Source: Amoebidium appalachense
Taxonomy: Eukaryota; Protista; Ichthyosporea
Direction of reading: 5' to 3'
Assembly: GCA_963693365.1 (NCBI GenBank)
Contig: CAVNZM010000003.1
Location: 7,745,312-7,809,311 of the forward strand
Length of the DNA stretch: 64,000 nucleotides
Part shown: positions 35,085 to 64,000 of the stretch, piece by piece
Numbering within the stretch: position 1 is the stretch's first letter
How the letters are laid out: each line of letters starts with the position of its first letter
Program-made: the position numbers and the translations under genes
The notes under the pieces: generated by a model
What the model saw: only the letters and a program-made list of their open reading frames with translations
Told to the model about the DNA's origin: nothing
Databases searched by the model: none

Positions 35085-35598
35085 CTTGATTGTATTGGGG
35101 GGAAACATAACTAAAAAGCTCTATTCTTGCACAAATTGCGGTTTGCCAAGTACACTGTCGGTTTAAAGAGCTGTAGTTTACTCAGAAGCGTCTTTATGTG
35201 TTTTAACATACATTGTTTTCTTTTTAGTCTTCCTTCTCTTATTAAAAAAGAACTTCAAAAAGAACAATAAGCTCATTATTTTAACACCTGCGAAAAACTA
35301 TCAAAACCCCCATTGATCGCCATCTTGAGCGCGTTTGTTGGGACTAAAAGACTAACTATTAAATGCATTCATTGGTTAAATAAAAATCGCAATTAGAATA
35401 TCGCATCTGATTCGCTTTACGTCATGCAGTTAAATCTCACAGTTTCGGTGGATTGACTCACTCGCCGCCCCGGGAGCCCGCCGAGTTCCGGAAACAACAT
35501 GCAAATAGCAAAAGCTTTTGAACGTGTGTGAGTTTGGATGCCGTTTATTGTGTGCGTGTTAGGGGTTGTGGGGCAAGGGTAATAATGCACAGGCAGGC

Positions 35599-35930
35599 AT
35601 GCCAGAGTCGCTGGCTACCTTATTTAGTTTAGAGCACAAATTTCGGCTTGGTAAGACCAAAAACAAGGTGGGAAAGGAGAAGATGGGGGCGCCCACAAAG
35701 ACTCTCGCCCACGGGCACGACTGCCAATGTTTAAAGGCGAAGATAGAGGGGCAGGAGACTAAGAAGACGAGCGAGGGGGAGGTGTGTGTGATGTATCAGA
35801 TCAAGGTTTGCCGCAGCTCAAAGGATCCGGCGTGGCTGGTAAGTTTGTGTGTGGGTGTTTGTGTGTGGGGATGCGTGTGCGTGTGTATGCACGCGCGTGC
35901 ATGTGCCAGTGTATGTGTGTTTTGTGTGTT

Positions 35931-35990
<60 letters not shown>

Positions 35991-36049
35991 TGTGTGTGTG
36001 TGTGAATGTGTGTGCGTGTGTGCGTGTGTGTGTGTGTGTGTTGTGTGTT

Positions 36050-36088
<39 letters not shown>

Positions 36089-36171
36089 GTGTGTGCGTGT
36101 GTGTGTGTGTGTGAGTGTGTGTGTGTGTGTGTGAGTGAGTGTGGGTGTGTGTGTGTTTGTGTTTGCGTTTG

Positions 36172-36203
<32 letters not shown>

Positions 36204-36691
36204 CTCGTATTAATATCTTGCCTGTAAGAGACGTTTACACACAAGCAAAGGACGTGTATATACGATCCGTGTGGTCTGCAAACATTCACGGATCTACCAG
36301 TAGTGAACTTTCGTTGGGTATACTTGGCATTTGGCTCCAGAATTACATATGGCATTAGGTCACACATTGAGGGGAGGTGTTGTGCGTGTCTGTGAGTGTG
36401 CGTATGTGCATGTGTGTGTGCTCCCCCCTGTGCGAGTGGTGTGTGTGCGTTTGCCTGTGCGTGTGTGTGTGCCGTGGCGTTTTTGCCCAAACGCTACGGC
36501 ACGTGCACGGGGTGTGTGTGCTGTTTTGAGTGCACGTGACTATGTGTGTGGTGTGTGTTTGTGTGTGCGAGTGGGTGTGTTTGTGTGTTTGTGTGTGTGC
36601 ACGCGCTTGATTGGGTGCATGTGTGTAAGTGCAGGTTCATGGTTTCTGTACATGTGTGCATTTCCACGAGGGTGTGTGTGTGTGTGTGGGT

Positions 36692-36730
<39 letters not shown>

Positions 36731-38424
36731 TATGTGTGCGCGCGTGCTTGTGCGTATATGCGCGTGCACGCGTGTGCATGTGTGCATTGCATGTGTGCAT
36801 GGGACGGTGACTATGGTATCCTGATATGTGGGCATCCAGTTAAAGAGGTACCCGGTGGGTGGTATATGGTGTGCTTGTGGGATATATGGGGTGTTAGTGA
36901 GATATAATATGTGGGGTGTTTGAGGGATATATGGTGTGTTTGTGAGATATATGGGGTGTTTCTGGGATATATAGGGTGTTTGTGGATATATGTGGTGTAT
37001 GTATGTGGTGTTTGTTGGATGTATGGGGTGTTTGTGTGACATATGGGGTGTTTGTGGGGTATATATGGGGTGTTTGGGCAATACATTGTGTTCAGCGGTT
37101 GAGTTGGTTTGGGGTTTTTTCCTCGTAATTATATCTGGTTGCAGGTGTATGTGTGTCACGCATTGGTAGGTAACTGGTTTGTTCGTGTCCACGCATAATT
37201 GTTTTTTGTTGTCTCTTGCTGGTCCGCTTTGCTTTGTTTCTGTTGTTGCCGTAGTAAGAAACGGAAGGAAGGGCAGACGGTCAGGTGTTCGTTTTATGCT
37301 CCAAAGGGTGGGGAGGAGGAAGGGGGGGGGGTGGGGGGGGGGGGGGGGGGGGGGGGCTGATCTTGGTGTGTGGGTTGTCATGAGTTGAGAACGTAGGCAC
37401 GTGCCCCCCTCCCCCCCCCCCCCCCCCCAGCCCTTCCCGGCCCCGCGATACGCCACAGTACCCATCGCCCTATATGTGTATGTGTCACTTACATACATCT
37501 ATTCCTCTGTCGTCACATTTCTATTTTGTGCGTGTGACTTGTATGCAGACACCCCTTTTCCTTTTTGTGATTGATCTGCTTTCAGAGTATCTGTCTCCTC
37601 TTTTTTGATTGGTTTACACACAGACATGTCCCTATTCCTTTTTCTGATTGGCTTGCATACACATACATCTCCATCCCCTCTTTTTAATTCGCTAATCTTC
37701 ACATATAACTCAGGTGTATCGCCGCTACAGTGAATTCACGCGTCTGCACCAAGCCGTAACGAGGGGTCTTCCCTCCACCACCCAACAACAGCTACAACTA
37801 CCCAAAAAGAGATATGTCCGTAAATTCTTTGAACATGATTCGGACAAACGCAAGCAGGAAGCCCTTAACACATACTTACAAACGCTACTCACACTGCCCG
37901 CGACAAGGGACCACCCAGCGCTAGCTCGGTTCTTGGACGCAAGAAAATTAAACACAGTCACGGAAGAAACGGACGTGTTGGAAACCCTCGCTACGTCCCC
38001 TGGACACTTGAGTATTCGGAGCGCGAACGCGGTATACGCAGAGTATATGTGTCCCCGTGCAGACGCCCAGACGAAATCGTGTCGAAACATGACGCCGGAC
38101 GAATACAAACACGCGCTTGAAGCCGCGGTTGCAGCGTTAGCGAACCCCCGTATTAGAGACTTGAGGAGGGAACACCATTTGGAACAGATTCAGAACCCCG
38201 TGGCAAAGGCACCAAAAGAAACGAAGGCGGACGGAGAGGAGAAGGATGGAGGGGGTTTGACGGTATCAGAGGGGTCGGGGTGTGGGACGATGAGTGGGGA
38301 GAGTGGGTCGGAGACGGAGGGGGATGAGGGGGGCCGGGCAAGTAGAGGGTGCTCACTGCCCCCAACACCTGATTCGGGGAGGTCTGAGAGGTCTTTAAGT
38401 CCCGTGCCATTGTATATTGGCTAG
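35599..38424 (+). CDS. PX (Phox homology) domain protein; exons 35599-35838 and 37714-38424
   Basis: Joining ...VMYQIKVCRSSKDPAWL|gtaagt to cag|VYRRYSEFTRLH...LPKKR...KRKQEALNTYLQTLL...LARFL gives a canonical PX domain; the start codon could lie further upstream. Confidence 0.88.
36860..37080. repeat. Degenerate about 20-bp minisatellite (gatatatggggtgtttgtg) in the PX intron
   Basis: Visible imperfect units. Confidence 0.75.
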
Positions 38425-38457
38425 CGGTGTGGTGGTGGTGGTGTGTGTGTGTGTTTG

Positions 38458-38501
<44 letters not shown>

Positions 38502-38629
38502 TCTCTGTATGGATATTTCTTTGTGTGAGAGAGGGGGAGGGGGGGGGGGGGGGGGGAGTGGTCATATTCATGAGGGTTGCAAGGTAGAAGGGAGGGTGAG
38601 TGATGGTGTGTGTGTGTTTGCGCGCGCGC

Positions 38630-38730
<101 letters not shown>

Positions 38731-38740
38731 CGCGCGCGCG

Positions 38741-38778
<38 letters not shown>

Positions 38779-38820
38779 GGTGTGCGTGTGTATGTGGGTG
38801 GATGGAGGGGTTCCCGTTTG

Positions 38821-38851
<31 letters not shown>

Positions 38852-39693
38852 CGGCGATAATGGATTTATTTGAGGTTTTCAGGTGAACATTATAAATGTA
38901 GAGAGTTGAGATGCAAGTATGTATGTGTTGCCATGGCATGACAGGCGGTTTTGATTTCTAACCGCTATCGTTTTAAATTGTTCGTAGATAGAGATCTGCG
39001 GCTTTTACGGCCTTGTTCGTAAATTGAATGCCTGGACTGCTGTGTGTTATAGTATGCAGTGCAGATAATTTTTCTCCGGAGCTTATTTATCTTATGCTTT
39101 TCACTTCGTTTCTGTTTCTTTTCTTTTTCTTTTTGGCACGCACGGCCCAGGGACTAATGTATGAGCTAGTGTTCATTACTCTTGCATCTAAAACCATATA
39201 TTCACCACGTACGATTACGTACGTAGGTCACATTTTTCTAGGGTTAAAACATCCTTTGTATGTATGCAATTTCCATGATAATGCTATACAAGATTTCTAT
39301 GTTCTTATGCCAGTAGGCACTAGTTGTTAATTAAGCCATATTTCATGATTGTACATCATATGAGATAGCATTATGCCAGCTATAAGGTGCCTGGCAGGAT
39401 CCGGCAACCCCTTTCGCTGAGTATTCATTTAATAGACATTATTTTCAAATATATTTTAAATTTCCCTTCAATGAGGTTGGGTGCGGAGTTAGATTTCAAA
39501 CAGGGGTGCACACGGTGAACTGACACGGACCCTCTAGAATACCACAAATCTCGAAAATGCCGTCCTTCGAACTTTTTCTTTTCTTTTTTTCACTTTTTCT
39601 TTTTTCTTTTTCTTTTTTCTTTTTCTTTTTTCTTTTTCCTTTTTTTTTTTTTTTTTTTTTGGTGGTGGTGGTGGTGGTGGTGGTGGTGGTGGT

Positions 39694-39753
<60 letters not shown>

Positions 39754-40071
39754 TACGGGCCGTTTCTGGTATGCATATAGTGTGTTCGAAGGTGCGCATG
39801 GTGTTACATAGGAAATTGTACGGAAACGGATCCGGAAATGGATATACCATCCAACATGTGGAATTTTTTATATAATGACTTTATTAATATGTTCGTCAAA
39901 GTAGAGGCAATTGAGAATGCGAGATTTGTTCAAAAATACCATCCAATTTTCGCAATTTTTAAGATATCGGTAACGGCTGCCATCATGTCATGGTACGTGC
40001 AACCACGCTACGTAGATTGTCCAACCAGGTGCCTCGGGGGATATTTCGCCGCTTAGACCATTGTGCCCCCC

Positions 40072-40108
<37 letters not shown>

Positions 40109-40916
40109 CCCCCAACAACAACAACAACAAAAAAAAAAAGCCCAAAAAAAAAACCACCCACCCCAAGTGTACGTAGTGGAAGCCCCCCCTTGAGCAGGTG
40201 CACATGGTGGGCCCCTCCCATCTCATATTGATTGGGAATATTGCACTTAATTGGCCGCTCCCTCCGGCCAATCCGGAAAGTTTAACACAACATGTGCCCC
40301 ATATGCATGATATGTACATACATCAAAATACAGACGAGCTCGAGAGCCACCCCTTAGTGATGGTACCTACTACACGGCCACGGCCGCTAAAGCCACAGAC
40401 CTTACAGACACAACATCTAAGACAACTCAAAAAAAAAAAAAAAGAAGAAGAAGAAGAAGAAGAAGAAGAAGAAGAAAGAAAGAAAGAAAGAAAAAAGAAA
40501 AGGAACTAATCAACCAGGTTGCGAGGATGGTTGTATTACGTGTGTGACGCGAGCGCGCAGGTATTGGAAACAAAGTTGGGCAGTGAGAAAATCACCCGTG
40601 TTAAGAAGGAAGTCAATATTCATGGTAAAGTGTTGTGCAGGGTGACGAGAAGTGGATAGGTGGGTGAGGAGCGTGGAAGAAAAGAAGGCCAGGGTGGCTA
40701 ACGGAACAAAGGGAAACACAATACACCGGCCCACACAGCTACGGCAACCAAGGGTGTGACCCACTATAGAGGGAATATTTTAATTAGGCCAACCGTATTA
40801 TGTACATATGGACGGGTGGATGCCTCCGATGCCATTGGGTCCCTGCCCCCCAGCCCTCGGAGCCCAGGTACGTGCACCTGACAGTGTCCGGTGCACGGTG
40901 GGATGCCATGCTAGTG

Positions 40917-40948
<32 letters not shown>

Positions 40949-40958
40949 ACCCCCCTTC

Positions 40959-41045
<87 letters not shown>

Positions 41046-41748
41046 ACTACCACCCTCCACCCATGCATGTGCATACTATTAGGGGCCAGAATGAAAACTT
41101 GGAAGATAGAGAGAGGTGGCATGGAAGGAAGGGGGGGGGGGGGAGGATTGAGGAGGATTGAGGGGGAATGTGTTTCAAAAAATGGAAGAGAACTTGTGCG
41201 GTGTACGATCGTAGTACACAGAGCATGGAGCACATAAACGTCTTTATTCTGCTGCAGATGGCACAACCGACTGAGCGGACGAAACTCAAAACAAATGTCT
41301 GAATATCCAAAACAAATGTCTGAATATCATGGGCGACTGTCCACCCCCGCATACACCTTGTTACCCTCATGTTCAATACAATGAGCATGCCTATTGCTTG
41401 CATTGTGACACATGAAATACACAAGCCATACAAACATCAATCCAATATTAATATATTCAAAACTAGAACAAAGGCGCAAAAAACAAAGTTTTTATGGAAC
41501 CACAAAACAAGTAGGAATATCATCACGTTGTTACGTTGATAAAGCACCATCAAAAAACATAGCACGTCTTTTACTATATCCCACACGTCAAGAAAAACCC
41601 ATAAAACAAGCACAGAAACCTGTTAACCCCGCCACAAACACCAACCACCTCTCCATCCACACATCCACCACCACCACAACCCCCTACACCTCCCACAAAT
41701 CTCAACCCACACTATATTTAGCACCATTGCCATGCATGCACCCTATTT

Positions 41749-57058
<15,310 letters not shown>

Positions 57059-57573
57059 TTTGGTTGTATGTTATATATGCTTGCCAATAGTTTTGGCGGG
57101 TTGATTGTTGCCCGGGGGTTGGTGCTCTTTTAGTAAAAGTGGGTGTGTGCCCGTCACTTTAACATTAAGGAGAAAAACATCAAGTACTTGTAATAGTGCG
57201 AAACTACAAGGCAACTGAGATCAACACGGAAAAAGCTGATCATCGGACAGTACAAACTCATAGCTGGGTAAAAATAGCAGCTTATTAGAAGAGAACTTCT
57301 ATTTATGGAAAGTTAGTGGACCCAACATTGCAAAGGCGCAATCATTGCCCGTTGGAGCAGGGCAAAAAACCGGCGCACACGGCTTGGTCGTGCATGCTTT
57401 TCAGACTGCAACGAAATTCGGAACTTTCTGTGAACATGTGAACAATTATATTAGCTGATCGTTAGGTGTTATTTGAACGAAATAACTCCTTTGCAGATTT
57501 TAGGGCTCTTTTTTATGTGAACTGTGTTCTGAAGGGCTGGTGACTGTTTTGTGGAGCTCTCTGCAGTTCAAAA
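57059..57573. promoter_or_regulatory. Probable bidirectional promoter (515 bp between divergent start codons)
   Basis: Repeat-free spacer between the minus-strand ATG at 57058 and the plus-strand ATG at 57574. Confidence 0.6.
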
Positions 57574-63981
<6,408 letters not shown>

Positions 63982-64000
63982 GTCGGAGACCCCCCCCCCC

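Overview
Eukaryotic genomic DNA with GT-AG spliceosomal introns full of (CA)n/(GT)n microsatellites and long poly-G/poly-C runs. Most ORFs in the supplied track are artefacts of these repeats, and the species cannot be named from sequence alone. By chaining exons by hand I can support these genes and elements: (1) a minus-strand multi-exon C2-domain/coiled-coil gene (about 14942 to 4123, probably continuing to below 397); (2) a 545-bp TTAA-flanked MITE with about 165-bp TIRs; (3) a large secreted Thr-rich mucin-like gene with Cys-rich modules (24699-19270); (4) a near-complete LINE (ORF1 plus intact APE-RT ORF2) and a nearby about 1-kb duplicate of its 3' end together with its flank, with the LINE apparently sitting antisense in an exon of a small host gene; (5) a PX-domain gene; (6) an RBM5/RBM10-like RRM-RanBP2 ZnF-RRM gene; and (7), head-to-head with it, an RRP6/EXOSC10 homologue whose three visible DEDD catalytic acidic residues are all replaced, i.e. 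a candidate pseudo-exonuclease. Several intronic tandem repeats are present, two of them built from the 3' splice site itself. I found no CRISPR array, rRNA or tRNA. All exon models are manual and untested by transcripts.
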